Below, piece by piece: positions 1 to 8,123 of a stretch of DNA of 23,472 nt. Where the stretch lies: positions 1,233 to 24,704 of the forward strand of contig CAZJKM010000035.1 of assembly GCA_964546645.1 (NCBI GenBank). Reading direction: 5' to 3'. Position numbers and translations under genes: made by a program. Positions within the stretch are counted from its first letter, which is position 1; every line of letters begins with the position of its first letter. The stretch comes from an uncultured Sphingobacteriaceae bacterium (lineage in GTDB: Bacteria > Bacteroidota > Bacteroidia > Sphingobacteriales > Sphingobacteriaceae). The notes under the pieces are model-generated. The model saw only the letters and a program-made list of their open reading frames with translations, did not search any database and was not told where the DNA came from.

Positions 1-41
1 TTCTGTTGAACGGCTGCAAAGCTACTAAATCCTATATCAGG

Positions 42-1031
42 TCAGCGTAAAAATTTAGCGAGCAGCCCGTCAATGATCGCCTGGGTCTGATCAGGGTAAT
101 CCACCTCCACCCGGCTATCCTGTTGCAGCCAAGCCCTGATGGCCGGGTCATTGACCGGTTTAAGCTTTCTGATGACGGGTACTCCCATCTGTTTCAATGC
201 AGCCGCGTTCAGATGCTGCTCATACTGGTTTTTCATGGGTATAACCAGTAATTTTTTATTCATAAATAAGGCCTCTGCGGGCGTTTCAAAACCGGCACCA
301 CACAGTACACCGGCAGAAGAAGCCATGCTGTGTATGAACGCATCATTGTTTATTGGCTGCAGGGATATATTACCTATCCGAAATGCCTGTTTGTTGTGTT
401 TTGAAAAAACCTCCCATTGTATATCAGGGAAACGGCTGAGCGATTTTACCAACCGCTTGTCGTTGTATGCAGGCAAATAAACGGTATAATGACTTCCATT
501 TACCACGGGATGCTGCCTGACCTGCTGACGGATGACCGGCGTAAAAATCCGCCCGCTATAGGGTTTGAAATGAAAGCCATAATGACGGTCGGCCGGTGCG
601 TAATTACGCAGGATAAATTTACCCAACAGATCCGTTTCTTTCGGTGCCGGCGCTGACGGATCTATTACAGCGGCCTGATGGCTAAGACCAATACACGGAA
701 TATCACGCAGGTGACATGCCCAGGCAGTAACCGGCTCAAAGTCGTTAATAATAAGGTCATACTGATCAACCGGCACAGCCCGTATTTCCTGAACCAGCTT
801 CCGCATCCGTGAGCTTACGAATGTCTTCCACAAATCCACCCCTCCCTTCTTTCCGAAAATAAAACTCAGGCCCCGGAGCCGGTATTTCACTTCAAAAGGA
901 AGCTGCAAATCGGTCTGTATACCGCTGATCAGGATATCGGTATCTGCCCGTTTCTGCAGGCAGGGCACCATATCCATGGCACGGCTGACATGCCCATTAC
1001 CTGTCCCTTGAACTGCATATAATATTTTCAT
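42..1031 (-). CDS. Glycosyltransferase, MJ1255/TIGR00661-like family (GT28 C-terminal domain type)
   Basis: 329-aa ORF, ATG at 1029-1031. N-terminal MKILYAVQGTGNGHVSRA motif is the signature start of the uncharacterised MJ1255-type glycosyltransferase family; recognised from memory of that family, no search run. Confidence 0.6.
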   Translation of the reverse strand: MKILYAVQGTGNGHVSRAMDMVPCLQKRADTDILISGIQTDLQLPFEVKYRLRGLSFIFGKKGGVDLWKTFVSSRMRKLVQEIRAVPVDQYDLIINDFEPVTAWACHLRDIPCIGLSHQAAVIDPSAPAPKETDLLGKFILRNYAPADRHYGFHFKPYSGRIFTPVIRQQVRQHPVVNGSHYTVYLPAYNDKRLVKSLSRFPDIQWEVFSKHNKQAFRIGNISLQPINNDAFIHSMASSAGVLCGAGFETPAEALFMNKKLLVIPMKNQYEQHLNAAALKQMGVPVIRKLKPVNDPAIRAWLQQDSRVEVDYPDQTQAIIDGLLAKFLR

Positions 1032-1134
1032 CCGACCGCTCTTTTACACGTTTTACCAACAACCGCAATAATACAACGCGTATGTAACCGGGCTGCTAAT
1101 TCAATATTAAGAAATCAGCCTGTTGGTAATCCTA

Positions 1135-1662
1135 TCAATACGGTATTTTCCATCTGTCAAAAGCAAAATGCCATAACCACAGCGGCCCAATCAGTAATGA
1201 CAGAAAATACCCCTGCTGTGGTGATGTCTTTTTTTCCCTTCTGTACCCGATTAGCCGGCCCGCCAGACTGAATAACAATAATACGAGGCAGACTATCCAT
1301 ACAGCAGGCCCGCCGGCTGCCTCCCAATATTCCAACCGTACGATAAAAAAAGAAAACAGGCCGATACTCAGCAGCGTGGCGTATGACAGCGTGGCCGAAA
1401 GACGCAGGTAATAATAAACCAGAGCCGCAATGACAAATGAGGCCCAGTTCAGGAACGTGTCATAGCCGTAGCGCTTTAAAAAGCCGATCTCGGGAAAAGG
1501 GATCATCCATATCAGGCCCAGCACGGCAAATAACATCAGGGGAATACACACCCCCTGCACCATGCGGTTAACCGGGTCCTGATGGTCAGCCGAATACTGC
1601 TCCAGATAGCGGTCTATCGGTCGTTTAGGAGGTACCTGCTGTTTTGACTGCTTTTTGCCCAT
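1135..1662 (-). CDS. Small integral membrane protein, DUF962/Mpo1-like (tentative)
   Basis: ORF-track start at 1686 is a TTG that would overlap the rny stop. First ATG is at 1660-1662 (MGKKQSKQ...), giving 175 aa with 3-4 hydrophobic helices. The ...YSADHQDPVNRMVQGVCIPLMLF... segment resembles the DUF962 motif region; family call is from memory. Confidence 0.5.
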   Translation of the reverse strand: MGKKQSKQQVPPKRPIDRYLEQYSADHQDPVNRMVQGVCIPLMLFAVLGLIWMIPFPEIGFLKRYGYDTFLNWASFVIAALVYYYLRLSATLSYATLLSIGLFSFFIVRLEYWEAAGGPAVWIVCLVLLLFSLAGRLIGYRREKKTSPQQGYFLSLLIGPLWLWHFAFDRWKIPY

Positions 1663-1675
1663 CCCTGTTATATCA

Positions 1676-3229
1676 CTACTTTGCAAAAGAAACAGATCTG
1701 GTTTCCCGGATCACAGTTACTTTTATTTGCCCCGGATAGGTCATTTCGGTCTGTATACGATTGGAAATATCCGTTGCCAGCAGTTCCGCCTGCGCATCGC
1801 TTACTTTTTCACTTTCCACTACTACCCGCAATTCACGACCGGCCTGGATAGCGAATGTTTTTTCCACTCCCGGATATGACAGCGCCAAGTTTTCCAGCTC
1901 CTTGAGACGTTTGATATAGCTTTCAACCACCTCCCGGCGTGCCCCTGGCCGTGCACCGGAGATCGCATCACAGGCCTGCACCACCGGAGATATAAGGGAT
2001 GTCATTTCTATCTCATCATGGTGAGCGCCGATAGCATTACATACGTCCGGATGCTCTTTGTACTTTTCAGCCAACTGCATACCCAGCAGTGCGTGTGGCA
2101 ATTCCGGGTTGTCATCCGGAACTTTTCCTATATCATGTAGCAAACCAGCCCGTTTAGCCAGTTTCACATTAAGACCCAGTTCAGCTGCCATCGTTGCACA
2201 GAAGTTCGCTACCTCGCGGGAGTGCTGCAACAGGTTCTGTCCATAAGAAGAACGATAGCGCATGCGGCCAACCATGCGGATCAGTTCGGGGTGCAGTCCA
2301 TGAATACCAAGGTCAATCACCGTACGTTCCCCTATCTCCACAATCTCATCTTCTATTGCTTTCCTGGTTTTGGCTACCACCTCCTCGATACGTGCCGGGT
2401 GGATACGGCCGTCCGTAACCAGCCGGTGGAGCGCCAATCGGGCGATTTCCCGCCGTACAGGGTCAAATCCGGATAAAATAATAGCCTCCGGTGTATCGTC
2501 CACAATGATTTCGATACCGGTGGCTGCTTCCAGTGCACGGATATTACGGCCTTCACGACCGATTACACGACCTTTTATCTCGTCACTTTCAATGTTGAAT
2601 ATAGATACCGTGTTCTCAATGGCACTTTCTGTTGCTGTACGCTGAATGGTCTGTATAACCACCTTCTTAGCCTCTTTACTGGCGGTAAGCTTTGCTTCAT
2701 CCACAATATCCTTGATCTGAATAAGTGCTTTGGAGCGTGCTTCCTCACGCAGGTTATCCACTAATTGGCTCATGGCCTCTTCAGCAGACAGCCCTGCAAT
2801 AGTCTCCAGTTGCATAATATGCTGGCTTTTTAACTGATCAACTTCTTCCTGTTTCTTTTCATTGACCTCAACCAGTCGTTCCAGGTTCTTTTTGTTGTTC
2901 TCCAGTTCCTGCCGCTCACGGTTAACGGCTTCCAGTTTCTGGTTCAGGGACTGCTCTTTCTGCCGGAGACTATTTTCCCGCTGGTTCAGCGCAGTGTTCT
3001 TCTGGTTAACTTCTTTTTCATGTTCAGCTTTCAGCTGAAGGAATTTTTCTTTGGCCTCCAGCAACCTGTTTTTCTTCAGGTGTTCGGCATTCTGTTCGGC
3101 TTCCTTCAGGATTTTTTTTGCTTTATTCTGTGCAGCGGCTTCCTGTCTTTTAAACAGCAACCGCAGCAGAAAGCGTCCTATCAGGATACCTGCTATCAAT
3201 GCTACTATTACATACACTATGGTCTCCAT
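1676..3229 (-). CDS. rny: Ribonuclease Y (N-terminal TM anchor, coiled coil, KH domain, HD domain)
   Basis: 517 aa. N-terminal hydrophobic anchor [15 protein letters not shown], long K/E-rich coiled coil, KH GXXG motif ([12 protein letters not shown]) and HD motif (LLHDIGK), the canonical RNase Y architecture. Confidence 0.9.
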   Translation of the reverse strand: METIVYVIVALIAGILIGRFLLRLLFKRQEAAAQNKAKKILKEAEQNAEHLKKNRLLEAKEKFLQLKAEHEKEVNQKNTALNQRENSLRQKEQSLNQKLEAVNRERQELENNKKNLERLVEVNEKKQEEVDQLKSQHIMQLETIAGLSAEEAMSQLVDNLREEARSKALIQIKDIVDEAKLTASKEAKKVVIQTIQRTATESAIENTVSIFNIESDEIKGRVIGREGRNIRALEAATGIEIIVDDTPEAIILSGFDPVRREIARLALHRLVTDGRIHPARIEEVVAKTRKAIEDEIVEIGERTVIDLGIHGLHPELIRMVGRMRYRSSYGQNLLQHSREVANFCATMAAELGLNVKLAKRAGLLHDIGKVPDDNPELPHALLGMQLAEKYKEHPDVCNAIGAHHDEIEMTSLISPVVQACDAISGARPGARREVVESYIKRLKELENLALSYPGVEKTFAIQAGRELRVVVESEKVSDAQAELLATDISNRIQTEMTYPGQIKVTVIRETRSVSFAK

Positions 3230-3290
3230 TTGTTATTCTGCTATTTGTTAGTTGTTTGATTTTCCTTGTTAAATTCCTGATAAAAAAAAA

Positions 3291-3452
3291 CCGCAATTAA
3301 ATCATACGGGTTTCATGTATTAAAAACTTCCTTACACAAGTTTGGCGTTTAGATCATGACCAGGTGGCTTGCGCAAAATGGCCTGCATCTTTTTTACGCC
3401 TGTGATATTGAAGCGTTAAGTTTAAAATAGTGAAACCCGAATTTAACTGCGG
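3291..3452. other. Inverted-repeat pair bracketing ~117 bp in the zapA-rny spacer
   Basis: 3291-3314 ccgcaattaaatcatacgggtttc is nearly matched by 3432-3452 gaaacccgaatttaactgcgg, which is the reverse complement ccgcagttaaattcgggtttc. The spacer is 256 bp, long for an otherwise tightly packed co-directional gene row. Confidence 0.4.
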
Positions 3453-3485
3453 TTAAATCGTTTGTGCTCTATAATATAAAGAACG

Positions 3486-3776
3486 TTACTGACTAAAAAA
3501 CGTATCTAAAAGTCCGTCAAGCTGTTCAATCTTCGCTGCGATCCCTGCATCTTCCTGTGTTACCTGCTGTTCTGTCTTTAATGATAACGTAGCATAATGC
3601 AATACACTCATTGCCAGCAAATCCTGCTTATCCCTTACGGCATAGCTCTCCTGAAACTCTTTAATCCTGTCATTAATCAATTTTGCTGCCCTGCGGATTA
3701 CCTCTTCTTCTTCCATACTCACTCTCAGCGGGTATATCCGGTCAGCAATGTTTATTTTTATGGAAATATCTCCCAT
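3486..3776 (-). CDS. zapA: Cell division protein ZapA
   Basis: 96 aa. ISIKINIADRIYPLRV...EEEEVIRRAAKLINDRIKEF...DLLAMSVLHYATLSL matches the ZapA family pattern (short beta strand, then a coiled-coil helix). It sits between pheT and rny as in many Bacteroidota. Confidence 0.75.
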   Translation of the reverse strand: MGDISIKINIADRIYPLRVSMEEEEVIRRAAKLINDRIKEFQESYAVRDKQDLLAMSVLHYATLSLKTEQQVTQEDAGIAAKIEQLDGLLDTFFSQ

Positions 3777-3811
3777 TTATTGAGCTTATTCACTATCTGT
3801 TACTTAACCTG

Positions 3812-4117
3812 TTATTTAAGCAGCGCGATACACTTATCAATTTCCCGCACAAAATCGTCAATTTTTTGTTTCGTGTCAAGAGTTTTTTCATTTATTACAC
3901 CGGTTTCTGCTTCTGCAGCTTCCAGCATACGTGCCACGGACAATGCTTTTACCTTCTCTTCCAGCTCCTTCGTTTTATCTTTACTGGCCGTCAGCGCTAC
4001 CTTCAGCGATTGATTTTCCAGCTTCAGCATATCACATGTTTCCTGTAACGCTGCGCATAGATCGATCAGCTTTATGGTTTTATCGACAACCCCTGATAAT
4101 TGTTCTGATACAGACAT
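3812..4117 (-). CDS. Small coiled-coil protein (possible ZapB-like division factor), hypothetical
   Basis: 101 aa, almost entirely heptad-like K/E/L-rich sequence (LKLENQSLKVALTASKDKTKELEEKVKAL...). It lies 18 bp after pheT and 35 bp before zapA on the same strand. Confidence 0.5.
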   Translation of the reverse strand: MSVSEQLSGVVDKTIKLIDLCAALQETCDMLKLENQSLKVALTASKDKTKELEEKVKALSVARMLEAAEAETGVINEKTLDTKQKIDDFVREIDKCIALLK

Positions 4118-4135
4118 AGCTTATATCTTCATGGA

Positions 4136-6538
4136 TCATTGCCCCCTCACTTCGGCACCGGCCTCCTTTTCAAAGTTAAGGATTAATTTCTGAACAATTG
4201 CATCAATTTGTTTATCATTCAGTGTTTTTTCCTCGTCCTGCAGGATGAAGCTCAGCGCATATGATTTTTTTCCTTCAGGCAGCTTTTCGCCCTCATACAC
4301 ATCAAATACATCCACTGACCGCAACAACTTACGTTCCGTCTGTTCGGTAATCCGGCGGAGGAACTCAAACGTAACCTGCTTATCAACAAGCAGGGACAGG
4401 TCACGCCGCACGGCCGGGTATTTCGGCACTTCGCTGAACGTAATCCGGTGCTTCTTCAATAATTTAAGCAGTACATCATAATCAAATTCTGCATAAAAAA
4501 CAGCCCCCTCTACTTCCGTAAGTGCCTTTACACGGTCGGACACTGCTCCGAAAACGACCAGCATCTGCTGGCCCTTCATATAACGGAGTCCGTAGGCAAA
4601 GTGAGGGCCAGCCTCTTCATCCACCTCCGTATACGGTATACCCAACCGCTTTAATACGATGTCAACAGCACCCTTCAGCCGGAAAAACGTACTGCTTTTA
4701 GCCGGCTGGTTCCATTGTACCGGGCCGCTGTTGCCGGCGAGAATGATCGACAAGTGTTGCCTTTCCTGATACTGCTCCTTGATGAGCCGGTATGACTTAC
4801 CGAATTCAAAAAATTTCAGATCCTTGTTTTTGCGCTTCTGGTTATAAGCCACTGCTTCCAGTGCTGAAAATAGCAGATTTTGTCGCATACAGTCCAGGTC
4901 ATTGCTCAACGGATTTACAATACGAACAAGACTTTCCACTTCATCCGCATACGCCGCTTTCGTCAGTGAATTGCTGAGGATTTCCCGGAAACCGTTTCCA
5001 ACCAGCAAATCGGACAGCTGATTCCGGACAAGTTCCTTATCGGGCCTGTCAGAAGCACTTAATGACACACTGATCTGCCTGCCAATTTCCACGTTATTAT
5101 ATCCGTAAATACGCAATACTTCCTCTGTGATATCGACTTCCCGTGTCACATCCACTTTAAAGGGTGGCACTTCCGTGACCAGGAAATCGTCCGTTTCATC
5201 TGCGACCCGTATGCCCAGCGCTTCAATAATTGCCTTAATTTCTGTTGGTGGGATTTCCTTGCCGATCAGACGCTGCACATTTCTGTAATGTACCTTCACC
5301 GGGAACGGCCTGACCGGAACAGGATACAGATCAGACACTGCGGAAGATATTTCTCCTCCTGCAAGCTCAATAATCGCCAACGCAGCGTATTGCAGTGCCC
5401 TGACCGTGATATCCGGATCGGTGCCGCGTTCAAAACGAAAAGACGCATCAGTCTTCAGCCCATATCGTTTGGAAGTTTTGCGTACCGAAACAGGATTAAA
5501 ATAGGCACTTTCCAAAAACACCTGCGTCGTTGCAGCCGTGATACCCGAACCCTCACCACCGAACACACCGGCAATACACATCGGCTTTACCGTATCCGCA
5601 ATCACCAGGTCATCCGGGTCCAGCTTCCGCTCCACACCGTCAAGCGTGGTAAAAACCTCCCCTTCCCGGGCATTACGTACGATCACACATCCGCCTTCTA
5701 TTTTGTCGGCATCAAATGCATGCAAGGGCTGTCCCAATCCATGCAATACATAATTGGTCGCATCTACCACATTGTTAATGGTCCGTACACCAATGGCATT
5801 CAGCTTCTCCTTCAGCCAATCAGGTGATTCTCCCACCTGTACACCGCTGATAGTAAGTGAACTGTACCTTGGACACGCTTGCGGGTTTTCCACCGTTACC
5901 GGAATCGTACCCTGATCATGATGTGCCCGGAAGGCCGAGACAGCGGGCATCTGCCAGGATGTCCGGAAATAAGCAGCCAGATCGCGGGCGACACCCAGGT
6001 GCGAAGCGGCGTCAGCACGGTTGGGTGTGAGGCCAATTTCAAAAACATAGTCGTCCGGCAGGCCAAAATAATCCTTCGCCAACGTACCTGTCACCGCTTC
6101 CGGCGGGAGTACCATAATGCCATCATGCGACCGTCCGAGACCGATCTCATCTTCCGCACAGATCATCCCCTCAGATACCTCCCCGCGGATTTTTGATTTA
6201 TTGATTCTGAACGGCTCCCCTTCCAGCGGATATACGGTTGTACCCACGGTTGCCACCACCACTTTCTGTCCGGCTGCCACATTCTGGGCTCCACAGACAA
6301 TATGAAGCAGATTTTCACCACCTGTGTCCACAGTGGTGACCCGCAGACGATCCGCATTCGGATGCTGTTCACAGGTAATGACCTCTCCGATGACCAACCC
6401 GTCCAGACCTCCGGGAACAGCCTGCTTCACGCCCACATGCTCCACTTCCAGACCGATCCCGGTCAGGATCAGTGAAAGCTCCTGCGGTGACTGTTCAAAA
6501 GATATAAACTGCTTTAACCAGTTATAGGATATATTCAT
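4136..6538 (-). CDS. pheT: Phenylalanine--tRNA ligase beta subunit
   Basis: 800 aa. N-terminal tRNA-binding (OB) domain MNISYNWLKQFI..., B3/4 and B5 domains, C-terminal anticodon-binding-like domain. Length and motifs are typical of PheT. Confidence 0.95.
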   Translation of the reverse strand: MNISYNWLKQFISFEQSPQELSLILTGIGLEVEHVGVKQAVPGGLDGLVIGEVITCEQHPNADRLRVTTVDTGGENLLHIVCGAQNVAAGQKVVVATVGTTVYPLEGEPFRINKSKIRGEVSEGMICAEDEIGLGRSHDGIMVLPPEAVTGTLAKDYFGLPDDYVFEIGLTPNRADAASHLGVARDLAAYFRTSWQMPAVSAFRAHHDQGTIPVTVENPQACPRYSSLTISGVQVGESPDWLKEKLNAIGVRTINNVVDATNYVLHGLGQPLHAFDADKIEGGCVIVRNAREGEVFTTLDGVERKLDPDDLVIADTVKPMCIAGVFGGEGSGITAATTQVFLESAYFNPVSVRKTSKRYGLKTDASFRFERGTDPDITVRALQYAALAIIELAGGEISSAVSDLYPVPVRPFPVKVHYRNVQRLIGKEIPPTEIKAIIEALGIRVADETDDFLVTEVPPFKVDVTREVDITEEVLRIYGYNNVEIGRQISVSLSASDRPDKELVRNQLSDLLVGNGFREILSNSLTKAAYADEVESLVRIVNPLSNDLDCMRQNLLFSALEAVAYNQKRKNKDLKFFEFGKSYRLIKEQYQERQHLSIILAGNSGPVQWNQPAKSSTFFRLKGAVDIVLKRLGIPYTEVDEEAGPHFAYGLRYMKGQQMLVVFGAVSDRVKALTEVEGAVFYAEFDYDVLLKLLKKHRITFSEVPKYPAVRRDLSLLVDKQVTFEFLRRITEQTERKLLRSVDVFDVYEGEKLPEGKKSYALSFILQDEEKTLNDKQIDAIVQKLILNFEKEAGAEVRGQ

Positions 6539-6602
6539 TCGTTCACACTATTTGTATCTGATCTATTCATTTCGGCGCAAATATAGTCGTTTTTTTAGTT
6601 AT

Positions 6603-6667
6603 GAGTGATGAATGATGAGTTAGGAATGTTCTTCAACTCATCATTCCTAACTCATCATTCATCACTC
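6603..6667. repeat. Perfect 26-bp-arm inverted repeat (hairpin) immediately after the radC stop codon
   Basis: Left arm 6603-6628 gagtgatgaatgatgagttaggaatg, loop 6629-6641 ttcttcaactcat, right arm 6642-6667 cattcctaactcatcattcatcactc (exact reverse complement). T7 run upstream on the plus strand (6590-6596). The arm shares the gagtgatgaatgatgagtta word with the spacers at 15828 and 19929. Confidence 0.9.
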
Positions 6668-6668
6668 C

Positions 6669-7379
6669 CTAAAGCTGCCCTGCATCGGCAAAACTGTGGT
6701 AACCCTGGTCGGTAAAGATCACATGATCCAGTACCCGTACATCCAGCATTGCACCGGCCTGCGCTATGCGGCGGGTCAGCTGGAGGTCTTCATTGCTGGG
6801 TTTAGAGCTGCCCGACGGATGATTATGTGTCAGCACGAGTGAAGTAGCGCCGTGCTGGAGGACCAGCTGGAAGACAATTTTCACATCCACTACTGTACTG
6901 CCCATACCACCCCGGCTGACCAGCTGCTTACTGATCACACGGTTAGCATTATTCAGCAGCACGATCCAAAATTCCTCATGGTTCAGGTCAGCATAAAACT
7001 GCTGCATCAGCGCAAACACGTCTTTACTGGAATGGATGATCGGCCGTTCTTCTCCGGAAGTTTCCTTCCTCCTCCTGCCCAGTTCCAAAGCAGCAACGAT
7101 GGAAATCGCCTTCGCTTCCCCGATTCCCCTGAACTTACACAGTTCCGGTATAGTCAGCTTTGCCAACCGGTTCAGGTCATTATCCGATTCCTTCAGCAGG
7201 CGCCTGCTGAGCTCAACGGCTGTTTCATTCCGTGATCCGCTGCCGATCAGGATAGCAATCAGTTCGGCATCTGACAAGCTTCTCCTGCCCTGCCGGAGTA
7301 ATTTCTCACGCGGACGATCATCCTCCGCCCACTGTTTGATAGGAATGCTATGATGATATAAAGTCGGTTTTGATGCCAT
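6669..7379 (-). CDS. radC: RadC-like JAMM-family protein (UPF0758)
   Basis: 236 aa. N-terminal helix-hairpin-helix region (GIGEAKAISIVAALEL), C-terminal JAMM/MPN motif HNHPSGS with upstream conserved E/H residues. Confidence 0.85.
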   Translation of the reverse strand: MASKPTLYHHSIPIKQWAEDDRPREKLLRQGRRSLSDAELIAILIGSGSRNETAVELSRRLLKESDNDLNRLAKLTIPELCKFRGIGEAKAISIVAALELGRRRKETSGEERPIIHSSKDVFALMQQFYADLNHEEFWIVLLNNANRVISKQLVSRGGMGSTVVDVKIVFQLVLQHGATSLVLTHNHPSGSSKPSNEDLQLTRRIAQAGAMLDVRVLDHVIFTDQGYHSFADAGQL

Positions 7380-7387
7380 AAGTACGA

Positions 7388-7957
7388 TTATCTGGAGGGC
7401 CGCAGGTCCTTAAACTGATCCCACCACCGGACGAGCGATGGGTTGTCCAGCCTTTCTTTTTCCGACAAGTCGATGCTGTCATTAATCATATATAGGTTGT
7501 GGTCACGCAGTGTGTCAGGTTCCGGCCAGGGTGATTCGTAGGATTTCGCAGCTCTCACGCTTCCCCTGATTACTTCTATAGACTGCCCTCGATCCGCATC
7601 ATATCCGCTGATGCGAAATTCAGATGGCTCTGCTACCAAAATATCTATCAGACGTGTACGCAGCTTCAGCGGCACGTCTTCTTTACTTATATCCAGAAAA
7701 ACATCCCCATTCACCCAGAGCACCTGTTGCCGGCTGACGGTGGTATCATGAAGCCGGCTGGCCGGATCAATATATAATACCCTGCTGTTATGAAGTAACG
7801 GCTCAACCCGCTCCGGATCAGGAATAACCTCTTCAGGCGGTGTATATACAAATGGCTTTTTCACCGGCTCCTTCTTATCCGAAGATTCCTTAATGAAATA
7901 CAGCACAATCAATAACAGCACGATACCACTAAGGATGAAAAGTAATTTTTTAGGCAT
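7388..7957 (-). CDS. Hypothetical membrane-anchored protein
   Basis: 189 aa. N-terminal MPKKLLFILSGIVLLLIVLYFI is a signal anchor, the rest is soluble. 8-bp gap to radC on the same strand. No family recognised. Confidence 0.5.
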   Translation of the reverse strand: MPKKLLFILSGIVLLLIVLYFIKESSDKKEPVKKPFVYTPPEEVIPDPERVEPLLHNSRVLYIDPASRLHDTTVSRQQVLWVNGDVFLDISKEDVPLKLRTRLIDILVAEPSEFRISGYDADRGQSIEVIRGSVRAAKSYESPWPEPDTLRDHNLYMINDSIDLSEKERLDNPSLVRWWDQFKDLRPSR

Positions 7958-8123
7958 CTCAATAATTTATGTTATGGTGTCGCAAGATAAAAATAATTTC
8001 AAAAAGACCCTTACATTTTAGCACTTCCCCGGATCACATAATTTTTTACCAGAATGATATAACTATCCCGCAGCTCGCCTGTTTTACCTTTGTATGCAGC
8101 AACAAATTAAGATATTTTCTATT

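Noticed and set aside
5288-5827. 179-aa plus-strand ORF (and neighbours 5538-5753, 5879-6196) inside pheT
   Set aside because: Antisense shadow ORFs within a well-supported 800-aa pheT frame; basic, low-complexity translations with no motifs.
7958-8123. Divergent promoter region between the membrane-anchored hypothetical and the His-rich protein gene
   Set aside because: Only one approximate Bacteroidota -7 element (TACCTTTG at 8085-8092) could be seen, with no matching -33 TTTG at a proper spacing; too weak to call as a feature.
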